Source: Ginglymostoma cirratum (lineage: Eukaryota). Taken from it: a stretch of 64,000 nucleotides of DNA. Made by a program: the position numbers and the translations under genes. Position 1 is the stretch's first letter, and each line of letters opens with the position of its first letter. Shown in pieces: positions 24,040 through 37,340 of the stretch. The notes under the pieces are model-generated. The model saw only the letters and a program-made list of their open reading frames with translations. It ran no database searches and was not told where the DNA came from. Where the stretch lies: NCBI GenBank assembly GCA_024137785.1, contig JAHRHZ010000099.1:11925872-11989871 (forward strand), in the 5' to 3' direction.

Positions 24040-27000
24040 ATAATGTCTAGTTCCAATCACAGGGAGTTCTAATATTCACATATATTAGTGTCAATTCCCA
24101 GTATATTGTCTATTATGTCCTTAATGCAAACAATCAGAACAGATCAGAATTAAACTGCTGTCAGACAATATTAAAAGTAGGGTAAAAGTCTGAAACAGTG
24201 AAACTATTTAATATTTTATATATGCTTCATATATTTGTAATAACACCTCAAAGCTCAATATTTTAGCTAACGGTACATTAAACAAGTTATCCCACTTAAA
24301 ATAATGACAGAATAATATAAACATATTCAGAGTCCAGCTGCTAATTTCACAGTAATAGCTTATTTGATGCTTAACTCTATCTGACAATGACCCCACTGAT
24401 ATGCCCAGAAGTGTGATCATGCTGAAATAATGTATTGAGTTGTAATATTTATAAATTAAGGGGGGTAGAATCTGGTTCCAGTCTAATTATATCTGTGCAG
24501 AAAACAAAGTTTTTGGATACTTCTTCCTTGTAATTGTATTCTCAATTTACTAAATTATGGGAGAGTGTTCACCGTAAATCAAAAATCAATCTATCATTTT
24601 GTTCCTGGAAGAGCTCTTGAAATGCAATAAAAGGATGGCAAAATATTGCATAAAAACACAAAATTAAGGGCATCCAGTTTTATTCACATTCAAAGGCTGT
24701 GGGCTAAACCATAATCTATACACAGTATTTTCAACGTGCTAAACGTGTGAGTTTCAGTTTCTGCTGCACAAGTGCTTGCTATCAGAAGGACAGTTCATTG
24801 GGTATTGCACGAGTTTAAGTGTGCATATAATTGATATATAATTTACTGAAATAATGTTGATTTAAATGACTTAATGATCTATCCTATTTCAGATCACGTT
24901 TTCTTTTTTTTTTGTAGAAGGCTGTAGCTATAGCAAGCATTGAGAAATTAGAGGTTTGGCTGGTCCAGTGAAACAGATTCTGTTGTCTTTGTCAGTAGGT
25001 AATACAGAATCTGAGTGAGACATTGGGTGCTAATCTATTTTTTTCTTGACTTGGGAATAATCTATCTTCATCAATAGACCAGGCTGCTCTTGCTCTTAAT
25101 ATGCCACAATATATTTAAGACTGTCATTATAAGAAGAAAATATGTTGCATTTCTAATGGCTGAACCATTAGATTTAGCCTTATGCATAAGAACGGACCAC
25201 TGTGTTAGAATAAACATCCTATGATTGAAGCAAGTGCAAGTGTGCAAGGCATTTCTACCAAAATGAACATATCATCTCGTTTTCTTTTCAAATTTAGAAG
25301 GACAGTTCTTTAGAAAGATGCTGCCTAAATGAGAGAATAACTATACTTAGTGCCCCAGAATTTGGAATTCACATGATGGTGAAACTATCATACTCATCAT
25401 AATTACAGTATAAAACTGACAGCAACTTCTAGCATTCACACACGTGTAACTAAAGATGAAAATACAGACATTGCTGTTGGTGATACTGTGCTTGACTACA
25501 GATGCCCTGTTGCAGCTTTTGTGAACAGAGCTAATAAAATGAAATCAACTACAATTTTTTACAGACTATTCTTGCCATGAACATTCAGCCTTACTGGATA
25601 AGGTGTAATTTAATTTTTAATTACTTGTGAACCATCTCTCTGACCTTGAAAGGTTAATTTTACAAGCATAGAGTGGACCCTCTTCAAAACATTTAAAAAC
25701 TGCTTGATTTAAAAAGAAAATAACTTTAAAACTTTTCCTTATTTTAAAGGCATAGATATTACATTACAATTTCTATTATAATGCAATGTCAATTTCCAAC
25801 TCTTTGTTTCAATCCCTATGAAATTATTAAAAAGTGTGCTACAATCCATCATTTTTATCTTCTATATTGTTAACTGGGAAAATCTTTCAAACTAATTGGT
25901 AGACCAGTCTATCTAACGACCATTGACTACTGCCATAAAGCACGGGTCTCCTGTAGATGACACCAGATTCAAATTCACATCAGAATAGAGGAAATCGATG
26001 CCCTGGAGGCTGCTAAATCTTTATGGGTTGCTTTTATCAAGTTCAGTTGTGCACATTGCCCATTGGCTGTTGCCTGCAACATCCAGACTATGAATTTATC
26101 AACAGTTTCTTAGTTTTGCTCATAGAGTTCTAACGCATATATATAGCTTACTGTGGTAGATAAAATCTGTGAGCAAAACGATATACATTTATTAAAGATA
26201 CACCTCAAGATTTTGATGGTTTGGTCTGAGGAAAGTAGTTTAAGTAACAATTATGATTAAGACTATTTTAATCTGCTGATTTTTTCCAGTTTCTGCACGT
26301 CTTCCTTTCAATTAAATGCAATTTTATATGTTATAGTCTGACCTTCGAACGTGAAGTTTTCTAGTGAACTAGAGAGGCAGAGGAGAACCTGATAGATGGG
26401 TCTTTTTTTTTAATGATACTTTGGCTAATCGGAAGGGTTCATTGACCGCACTACAGCAATGACAACCCAGATATTTGATGTATCTGCTTGTTTAAAATTA
26501 AGGGTGTACGGAAGCGGCTGTGGAAGCGGAGTTTGGCGGTGACCATTACACGAACGTACGGGAAAGAAACTGATTTAAAACTAAGAATTGCAAGCTACTA
26601 TAATCGTATCAATTGTTTATGATTTGCACAGTGCCCAGTTGTTTTAAATTAACTTTAGAATAATTCACAAGGTACTTAAAGAAATGTGATAGCCAAGTCG
26701 AAGACTTCAGCTTGAATTTCCTCCTCAGCATCTTAGCTGCTCATCCGCCCTAAACCACCATTGTCTTGTTTCATGACCGCATTAAAAGACTTCCTGGAAA
26801 GGCTATTATTTCATAATATGCATTTCTACTGCAGACGATGGTGTATGATGTGAGCCATCCAGCAGTGATAGTTCATAAATAGTCTGAGATATTGAATGTG
26901 ACGACAGACTGCTCAAATATTAATTACAGCAACAATAACTTACATTTAAGCAGCGCCTTTAACATAGTAAAATATCCCAACGCGTTTCAGACAAGACTTA

Positions 27001-29469
27001 TAGGTCAGAATTGATTCGAGGCTCCTGCATTTGGACATGCTCGCCTAAACTTACACTTTCATAAATCTTATCTGTTAGCTCACAACTGAGCCCAAACATC
27101 ACCTATTTTCTTAGATACAACTCTTGTTGATCTGTCACTGCATAGTTCATAAAGATTATCTGTTGAATGTTTGTTCCTGCAGCAATTCTTCTACTTGTTT
27201 CCCACTGTCGATTTTTCTGCTCATTAGTTTCATTGTTTGTTCTTCATTCTTCTTTTCATCTTACGGACTTTCACACCAATGTTTATGTCTCTGTTTCTGA
27301 TTTTTTTCCCTTTTCTTTTCTTCTCCTTTTCCATAAACAAGAGGGCTTTCCCGCATTGAAATAATGAGAGTTACAAGGCAATGCAATTTATTTCAATGAA
27401 GGCTTTTTTTGCAATCGCCAAGTGCACCCAGATATCCGCAAGTGTTGGAAAACCCTGATCGTTTCCTAAGAGTTTTCTCTTAAGATTTGGCCGGCAGAGT
27501 TCACTACCAATCGACTAGAGCCCTCGTGTTAATCAATGTCAAACTCCTTCGTCGACGCTAGCTTGTCTCCCTACACAAAAAAACTCAATCACCAATATTT
27601 CTCGAACTTTCGTGCCTTACTAATAGCAATATGTTCTCTGAATTATTGAAAAATGAGACTGACTTATTGCTAGTGATTCTGTGTGTATCAAAATATCTAA
27701 TTTGCTTCTGTTGATCGACGAACACAACCTCTTTCGTCCTTTCAAGAGAGTTCCTCTCAGAACATCACTGTATATGGCGTAACCAATTTCTAATGTTGTA
27801 GACTGTAGCTTTGTTTTGAGGATCATATTACCTGGATCTCATAATTAGTTGTTTATGCGTAACGTTCACAAAGTTCTGAGCTGGAAGCAAAAAAAAACAT
27901 TTTGATATGTAGTAATCTTGGAGCTGAAGAAAAACAATTTAACCTGTCTTTATAAATAATACCATCGTTTTTATATCTTTGCCATTATGCTAAACAACAT
28001 AGCAGTTTTTCCCTTACATTTGGTTGGAAGAAGTTAATATTTATTGCCAATTCGCAATGGGCATCTGTCGTCGCTGATATATGGTGTAAGGATACAAATG
28101 GCACGCAACCTACACATTCTGCAGTAAGATAAAGTAGCGAATATTCTTGGTTAGGTAGGATTTCAATTGTGCAAGCATTTGAAACAGATTTAACCAGAGC
28201 GTAGATTGGCCTATGTTCTGGTATAACATTAATTCTAAGATCATTTCGACGACTCGTTGCGAGGTCAACTGGTGGGAACCTAAAAGATTATCAGGCATTA
28301 AATTTGCGCAAGTAAACCAATATTCGGAATTCAGTCAAAAAGTGAAAGCGTCAATTCTATATAAATGTATATAAATATTGATTTTAAATAACATATACAT
28401 TTGACATATGGGTATCCTATTTGTTTAATAATTACTATTTCACGATGCCAAGCTTACAGTACGGCCTCAGGAAGTGCCATGATGTGAACATTCTTGGTAA
28501 ATTTCCAGATTCTACCCGCGGTTCGCGGGGGCAATGTTGTTGTGACTAAGTCTGAGCTCGCCATGGAAACTTCAGCGAAGATGTACTGTCGTCGGAGACT
28601 TTCGTTGTTAGCTTCATCAGTGTACCTAAATGATCTAGCAAATACGTCACGCTGGTTATGATTTAATAGACACGTATTGAAATGAACGTTCCTGCGGACA
28701 TGGAATATAGCTAAAATTATTATGTTGTGCTGATGAGATAGTACATGTCAAAGCGTGAGAGTGCCAAGAGTTTCTTGTAACTACTGGGAAGAGAAGATTT
28801 CTGATCGGTATACGTTAGGTGAATTGTCGAGAGGGGAGTATCCTGGAAGTGATTTGGAATTGAGCTGGGTTTCGGTGGTGCACAATATCTTCTCAAATAG
28901 ATTTAGCAAAGGTCGGAATAGAGAGTGAGCCGTGCGTCAGTTCTGCTTGCGGTGTTTATCCATAAACAATGCTGACACCTGAGACTGCGCTGCATAACAA
29001 AACTGTTGGCTAGCATCTTACATGGCAGAAGCCAGGCTGGAGATGGAATGCATTTTTTAAAAAATTGTTTTAGCGAACTTGCATCACTGTTTGACTTTCA
29101 AACGCGTTAAAGTCAATACAATTAAAATAATTACACAGTGAAATACTCATAGATTGTTGAGGGTGCTGTCAACAAAAATAAATGCAGATTTCTTATCCAT
29201 ATGCACTCAGGCCAATAACCTTTTACAACGAATTATTTGGCGTCATGATCTACACCTGGACGACATGAGGAGTGCGGGTTATGAAGTTATGAGTGTGCAT
29301 ATATATTGTATGTAGTCTATATATTTGTTAATTATATTCATATATATTTATATATATTCATGTTTGCCATGTCCTCCGTCCGTTTGCTCGAAGACACGAA
29401 CAACTTACATGAAAAATTGAACTTGCAGATCCCGAGGCGCCCGACAAGAGACCCAATCAAAAGAAGTGA

Positions 29470-29630
29470 AGCCAGAGCCAAACAAGGAGGATGGAGGAGT
29501 CATGGTCGGTGGCATAGCCAAAACAGGAGGAGTTAAAGGAAGCTTTTAAAGGAAGAGAGAGAGGGGAAAGGAACAGAGGCGCTTAGAGACGGAAGCCCAA
29601 AACATGAGGCCCAGGTGGCTGAAAATAAGG
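29470..29630 (-). mobile_element. L2-type LINE 3' fragment, old
   Basis: Reverse of the ttcagc..cctgggcc....tgg..ttcc.tc.ctaa.c.ctct...tcctttaa pattern. Confidence 0.45.
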
Positions 29631-31197
29631 CTAAGATTCTCAGAAATTAAGATCTAAGGGCGTGGCTTCTAGGTTTGGGTGAATTCCTCGAGATAGGGAG
29701 CAGCCAACCCATCTATAATCCATGTTAATGAAATAACCAGTGATGCTTAAAGCCATTTCTGTCTCTCAGTTAAATAGAGCTCCGGTGAATATTTTCTAAC
29801 TCTGCGCCTTTTCTGTGAGGATGAATATTCAATTTGAAACTACCTCCAGAACTGTTCTGGAGAATGTTTTAACAGAATGTTATAATCCCAAGTTTTATTT
29901 TTAACTGTTATTTTAAAACACGCGCACGTCAACTGTCGATGAACTGGGCAGGGATTAGAAATAGCAGTTTTTAATGACCACCTTGTGTAAAGACTGAGTT
30001 CGGACAGGTTACCTACGAAACGTTCTTATGCCCACGTCTATCCCAGAATAAGAAAGGATTTTCACTTTGAATGACCTTATTGAGAGTTTATTGATGGCGG
30101 TGAAATGAGGTCTGCATTTTTTCACTGTCAGACCCGGGTAAGATATGCTTACGATCAAAGGCTACAATTTGGCGTGTAAATTTATCGCAGTCGAGAGAAA
30201 CAATACCTGACATTATCCCCGAGGAAATACAATGCCCAGGAAGAAACCGAAATGCCAGGAAACTATTTTTGGATTGAAAAATACTCCTTGACCGATTTGC
30301 AAAAAAAAGTTATCGGAGGATAGAAATGCCATTGCTCGTGGAGATTAGTATCTATATGATCAAACTAGCCGCCAGACCAAAACGAATGGAGTTGCCTTTC
30401 TATTAAGTAATCAGTAACTGAAGGGGAACAAACACTGTAGCAGGTACATTTATACAAGCAAGAAAGGGCATTTCTATTAAAGTAAAAGCGGAGACCGCCA
30501 GTCTGTTACATGACTACCGCAATAGTTGATTAAATAATGCCAATAACTGAATAGGTATAAATAACGATTTGCTCAACAACGGATTGTAAAGTCAATTTGT
30601 AGAATGCTTGTTACAATAGCAAGACACGAGCTCCAAGGCAGGGAATGTCCTCTCTGCAGCATCAGCCCCAATATTACCATCGACTGAAACTCTCCAGAAG
30701 TTGCCCTGGTGATCAATCATCGGTTTAAATCACTAATGAAAAGCGAAAAATGAGCTTTATTCGGCGCCTAAATTGAACTAATTAGTGGTTTCCAGGAATA
30801 GATTAGTTGCTTTGAGGTTTAAAATATATACTGCGTGAAATAAAACAGGTATCACGAAAGAACCTATCAAAGCGTAAGCGACTTTCAACGTTCAGAAACA
30901 AATGAAATCCTTAAGAGATCAAATCGCGTAAGTGACTCTCGCGAGTCAATAGCTGGACTTAACGGGTTATAAAGGCACTATTAGGTAATAGGGTTAAAGG
31001 AATAATGCCTTTACAATCTAATAACGAAGCGTTCACTTGCAAGGAAATCCCACAAGCAACTCGGGATTATTATGATGGCTCACATTCAGGTTTTCCAGAC
31101 TTGTCCGGATCCTGATTGACCTGCTGTAAAATAGGACTTGTGGGATTGCACGTATTCCTACCTGTTTGCACCTCACTTGCTTCTATTTACTGATTCG

Positions 31198-31440
31198 TAT
31201 AAAAGCAAAATACGGCAGACGCTGGAGATCTGAAATAAAAACAGAAATTGCTGGAGAAACTTAGCAGATCTGGCAGCCTCTCTGGTAGGAGACAGAAGCT
31301 ACTATTTCCAGCCCGGAACGTTCAGCTCGGGAGGGGAATCATAACCGACCGGAAACGTTAACTTCTTTTACCTGTCTGTACAGATACTGTCTGACGGGTT
31401 ATGAGCTTTTTTTCAGCAGTTACCTGCGTGATATTTTTGT
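31198..31440. mobile_element. old palindromic Penelope-derived insertion
   Basis: aaagcaaaatacggcagacgctggagatctgaaataaaaacagaaattgctggagaaac... is the same arm as 7904-8127; the opposite arm has GAAACGTTAACT at ~31352. Confidence 0.7.
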
Positions 31441-32365
31441 CCTATATCGTTTTGTAAGGGGTGTAATATATGTTCCGGGTGGTGTTGTTCTAAAATGAGC
31501 ATGATAAAATCTTCCGCATTGTGTCTAAATCCGCCACACCTTCCTTTCCCCACCCTGTAATAATTGCAGGCATTGTGAACGCAGTGTTCTTCCTGTGACA
31601 ATTTTAATGCGAACCTCTTGGCACGGATTAGGTTCGAGCTTAACTTCGAATTACTTTTGTTAACAATTTGTTCTTGGTTACAATTTTCCAGCCGTTTTTG
31701 CTATTCAGTAGTCAGAAACAGTTGTGATTGTATTTGGGAAAGACTTTAATTGTTAATTAGAGCCCAGTAACTTGGGAACTAATTACATAACTTCAAGGCA
31801 GTTTGTCACATTTTTGTTAATGTTTCTCCATTTCACGGGATGCTGCCTTGTTCAATACACCTCAAACATTCGTGCCACACTGTTATCACTGACCAGGCGC
31901 TTGGCAGGAGGGAAAGCACCTACACACTGGGCTTGATCGCCCAAACCAAGCGCACGGTGGATTCGTACTCGAGGGACCAGGAAATTTGCAGCATTGGCAA
32001 CAGATTCAACAATAGATAGAAACCCGTGTCAAAAATCCAGCGTATATAGGAAACCGCTAGAAACCCAGCTCATAATGCTAGTGTGTTGAAAACAGCGAAA
32101 AGTTTCTAAAATATGCAGAAGAAAAAACTTTTCAAACCAAGTTTGTGAAGTTGATTGTCTGGTTCTCCAGCATTAGAGGCTAGTGCTTTCTTTCCTCCTG
32201 TATATATTGACGCTTCTTTACCAAATCTCATCTTCCATGGGTTTGATATTGTCTTGCTATTTTAAGAGTGTTGGGGCCTTTCATCTCTCAGGACGACCCA
32301 AAATACTTGAAAGTCTATTGAGTGTTTTGGAAGCGCTGTAATATTGAAAATGTCCATAAAATGAT

Positions 32366-32399
32366 TGCAATCCTTAATTGTGGCCGCTAGATGTTGCTG
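32366..32399 (+). promoter_or_regulatory. CTCF-like motif with upstream module
   Basis: TGCAATCC-ttaattg-TGGCCGCTAGATGTTGCTG: core with 2 mismatches plus a TGCA(G/A)T upstream module at plausible spacing. Confidence 0.4.
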
Positions 32400-35300
32400 C
32401 TAGGAGTTATCTGTCAATGGTAGTACAAAGGTGTCCTGAAATGCCCACCTTGAAAACACCCAGTCATCTGAACAGAACTACAGATAACCCAACTTGCGCA
32501 AAATTAGTCTAAACATATGCAGGGAATATCAAAGGAAAAAATGGACAAGCAGAATGTTAAACATTGAAAAAATGTCAGAAAAATCAAAAGGAATATCGGA
32601 CATACGCGAAAGATGGCAAATATAACGAAAATGCAGACAAAAGTAAAGCCAGCGGCAGGGCACACCGTCTAAAAATCAATACTCTCTTTCAATTTCCTGA
32701 CTAATAAGTCTAGAGTTTAAAAGCAGACAATGCAAGTGAGTGGAGCACCAGCAACTTGGTAATCAGCAATCCAGAAATAGAAAATGCAAGACAGCAACTT
32801 TGTGGGAGGACTGTTAGAATGGTTCCAGTTTTGTTTTCCAACTAGCTGTTCGCAAACTACATAATAGTACAAACATATTTAAATAATTTCAAATTCTTAA
32901 ACTGTCCTTGCCATCTTCACGCATTTGGTAGCTTCAAGCGATTTTTTTTATATTTAGAACGGACGAAACAATATTTCAAATGATGATTTGGATTTATGGG
33001 TACCTAATGGGAGATAATAAGAAACGGGGTGCATAACAAGAATATAAACATACGCAGCCTAATCAATTAATCATTTATGATGAGGAACATTAAGAGGCAT
33101 TTGCTGGCACATGGAAGGTAGAGACATAGCTGCCCTTGAGGGTGATGTAGCAGTACCGGGAGTTAATGATCAAAAGGTAGGCTTATTCTAATGAATAAAT
33201 CTATTCGGCCTAATTTGCAACCCAAAAGTTCAGGGGCGGAATTTTAATTTCTTTGGGTGCTAACAGGACTCATTTCAGTGCATTAGTTTTCACAGATCTT
33301 GATATAAGCGTGTTGTCATCCGGTTAACAGAGAAATTGTTGCTTGAGTTCGCACATTATTGAGAGAAACTTTAATATACTTCGGGCAAATATCTGAATTC
33401 ACTCGCATTGATAACTTTTGTACTCTTCTACCATATTTTACACGCAAGTCCAATCGTAACTATTCCTTATGATAATCCGTTGTAAACTATGGACTACTGA
33501 TGTGACACTTCTCAACAGTATCACTACAGCCACTTTTTCCCCTGTTTTGAGTTGATTCACCACAGTAAAACATAACATGCCGTAAGTTCAGCACGTACCT
33601 ACCACCTGTCGCACGTCAACAAACGATCAGTGTGGTAGGCTCTTCAGTTAGAGTTGCAGTCAAATAAACTGCGAACTGCTGCATAAATATTGCAATTTGG
33701 TCAAGTTTATGGGAAAAGATTTGCAATCCAAGCAATTAACTTACTGAGATTTAGTTACGTGTCTTCTCTTGACAGATTAAAGATACCGCAAGCACAGAGA
33801 CTAGCCGTATAATTACTGTCTGCATTTTTGAGCGAAGGCTAATTAATTTGTAAGGTGCATTAATTAAATGCATCCAATCACACAACAGTCCAACTATACA
33901 AGAAATATTTCTGGGTTGACAGTTTACCCCAGTATATGTAGTACTTGGTGAGTATATCCAGAAGCACAGGATAATTATCGTGCTAACAGTAGTATCCTAG
34001 GGGACAGAATACTATTTCCCCAAAGCCTGATTTCATCATTTTTGTTAGATCTGGACTTTTATGCACACACTGTTCATTTTCGTACATGGTAATTTTGATT
34101 TTAATTACATCGGAACCGAAAACGGCCAAAGCCTATCCGCTTTGACAACTTTCAGATCAAAAGGTATGAACACCAATATGTGTTGTAAGCTCTTGCTCAA
34201 TTGAGCGTGATTTGTGCGTCTCTCCTAGACAGTAAGCAGTGTCACATGAAAATATTTGTAATGCGCTCCACGAAGCATTTACTCTCTGACACCAACCCCT
34301 GACTGAAAGAAGTGATGGTTTCACACTTTTCTCCAGGCGCTTTCCATTCTTGTACAAATGAGTAAACATCTAACCCTCTCAACCCCAAGCAGCCCAACCC
34401 TTGGGAAAATAACCATCTTCGGGCCATAGTGTTACTCCGGGAAGAAAATGAACTTTTGACCCCCATACCTGAAATATTTCACTTTTCACGTTCAGTAATC
34501 TGTTGGTGCTTGTTTGTACGGGTGACTGTTGTTACGGATTTACTCCAGATCACAGATATACATCCTCAATATGTATTTTTAAATCACCCGCCAGCAAACC
34601 AAGGAACTTTACGATGCAGGGATCATTTGGTGAGATGGCTCCCGAGGCTTTGCTGTGTTTAGCCTCAGGGGGAAATACACTTGGGAAGGATGCCTCGGTT
34701 TTGTATTTGTTGTAGTGGCAATATTTACAATTCCGCTACAAATTACGAACAAAGAAATCTTCCATCGGCATATTTAGCATGTGGCCACATCCAACTACAG
34801 AAAAATCCATTCCTTTTACAGTGGCTGACCTTACATTGAAACACACAAGCACTGTCTGGTGCTATAACTTTTTCGTTGTTTCTGACCGAAAGGATTTCCG
34901 CCTTAATTTCTAAGCACAACAGCAATGGATTTTAACTCGGGGAGATGCAGCAAGTTCACTGTTGTGTTTACATACCCTTGTGCTGCTAATAGGTATTCAC
35001 CACAAGATAAGGGTTCCATCAGCACCCCGGTACAGTAATGAAACGCTTGGTTCAATTGTACAGCAAACTGTGAGCCCAAACCCTGAACTAAAAGTCCACA
35101 TTCCCCACTGATGATTTAGAGGTATCATCGTTTTAAGGATGGTACGTATATGTGTAATTATTGAAATCTGAAACCTCTGGTTTCAAGTTTAGTTGCTTGC
35201 AAGCGTGCAAGGATCCAGATAGTGGCCGCCATCCAAGTACAGGTTTCTGGCTGATCCAGTGCCTGGTTAAGTCAACAGAGGTGCTATTCGGTTTACTGCC

Positions 35301-37239
35301 AACACAGTGGAGCTGTGACTTCACACAGCTTCGCATTTTGCCACGGTTTGCTCATTCCTACCCCGCTACCTACCCTACCCCCTCCAATCCAGCACCAGCA
35401 CAGCGATCAAGTCTGTCTGGCGGCTGACAGCAACTCGATTTTTTGCTAAATTTGCGGGGGCTGACCAGCGTCATGTTTCACAGAAGTACGCATCAGTCAT
35501 ATCGCTAAAGCATGACGGACACAGAGGGGGCACAGCGTGGCAGTGGGAGGACGGATGGAAGGTATTACATGACTAAGAAACTCCCAACAGTTGGTGCTGT
35601 CGGCTGCAACTCACTCGACGTGCGAATGTGTGACCTCTGTTTTACATCCCTGTCGCGGATGATCAAAAGTGACTGATGTGACCCCCGAGTCCACGTTTCC
35701 CCTTTTGCTCTTAACTCTGCCCTCAGTGAGGCTGCTCACGGCAGGAGCAGGTTTAACTTGAAACGACCGGTGCAGTTTGGCGCACTGCAGCCAACTTTGG
35801 GGATCCTGTGTGTGTGTTTCATTGTGTGTGTGTTTTGGTCGATTTATGTCTTATTTAAAGATTGAAGGGTGTCGATATATCAGCGATTACAAGCAAGCAT
35901 CTCATTGTACATCGGAGAAAAGGAATGCGTATCTTTGATAGTTAACAAAAACAACATTCACTGCAAATGACAAATCAAATACGCAATGTCTAAAAATTAC
36001 AATGTCTAGCATTCGATAAAGGATGCTACGCAGAACTGGCTTTGAAAGGAATGCGCACTAATGTACATGTCTGTTAAAAGGTGCGGTCTTATTGATCAAT
36101 AAGTGGTATGCAACTTTGCAACAGTTGCCTCCCTGAAAAACTAGATGGAAGCCAATTAATCAATGTAATCGTGGCATCTGATTGCATGGTTGGTCACCTC
36201 TCTGATATTCTATTCCCATCCCCGATGACTGGAACATGATTAATATTCACCAGAAGTTTCTTTTTCTACGTAGCACCGCCAGTTGTTATAGAAACAAATC
36301 ATAAATTTGCGATCCGGGGATCAATTTGCAGGCGCGGTTACAAACTGATCATAATCGGGTTCTGCAGCCTGACAATGTCAACGACAACTGGTCAAAATGC
36401 CCCTGATATAACGTGACCATTGCCTTTGCAGTGATCAGCCACGGAATGTGCCTGTGTGACATGATAGCGAATGCCAAAGTCAAATCCCCAAGTGCAAAAA
36501 CCATGGCAAGCACGTTTCCATCTTTCAGCCCGTGCTTAATGTAACAACAATGTCGGGACCATCCGTTCTTAAATTACAGCATTGACTGCATCTTCCTGCT
36601 TCCCACAAAAATAGTGGCAAGTGTATATAATACATGGGACCAGTGGTGGGTGTACGGTCCAGCGTCATATTCAGTTTGCGCCTTCCTGGAATATGGGGAG
36701 GAGAGTGGATTCCACGGTGGGACTTGTGTAGCCAGCATGGAATGAGCTGTCATTCTGATCCAATATTTTCCAGCACTACTGACACAGGAGACTGGGGAGG
36801 CATCACACAAATAGGACATCCGAGCCAATCCGCTAGTTAATAATTGATTGGGAAGCAGGGACATTTTGGAGCCATGAATTCCTGCCTAGAATGGCTGCAC
36901 GCAGACAACTTCGCGACATTCAAAGCAGTCAAATTCCTTCCTATCCCTCTTTTGACGCCCCCTCCCCCCACCACTCCACCCCGTCTGTGACCCTGTCTCT
37001 TGGTCCGCCTCGCCTTTTCTTACAGGAGGCAGAAGAGGCAAGCGATGGGAGGGTGACAAAGGTCAACTAACTTATTGTTGTCGCTTCTGTACCCGTTAAA
37101 TCTGTGCTAGGTTCAACAGTGATCTGAATGCTTACCAGATATTAGATGACAGAGGGGACATGTGATTACTCAAAGCAAGTGAACACCAACTGTATAGATC
37201 TAGAATTTGTTTTAACCTATGAAGCATAACATATGCATG

Positions 37240-37340
37240 TGATTCCGAGGAAGGATCATTCGACTCCTAACACCAACTCTGCCTTTCTCTCTACAGATGC
37301 TACCAACTTGCCGCGTTTCTCCAGCACTTTAACGTTTTTT
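37240..37340 (+). mobile_element. old single-arm Penelope-derived repeat
   Basis: tccgaggaaggatcattcgact...aactctgcctttctctctacagatgct...tttctccagcac. Confidence 0.6.

Noticed and set aside
35518-35535. CTCF-like GACACAGAGGGGGCAC
   Set aside because: The 5' half of the core matches poorly.
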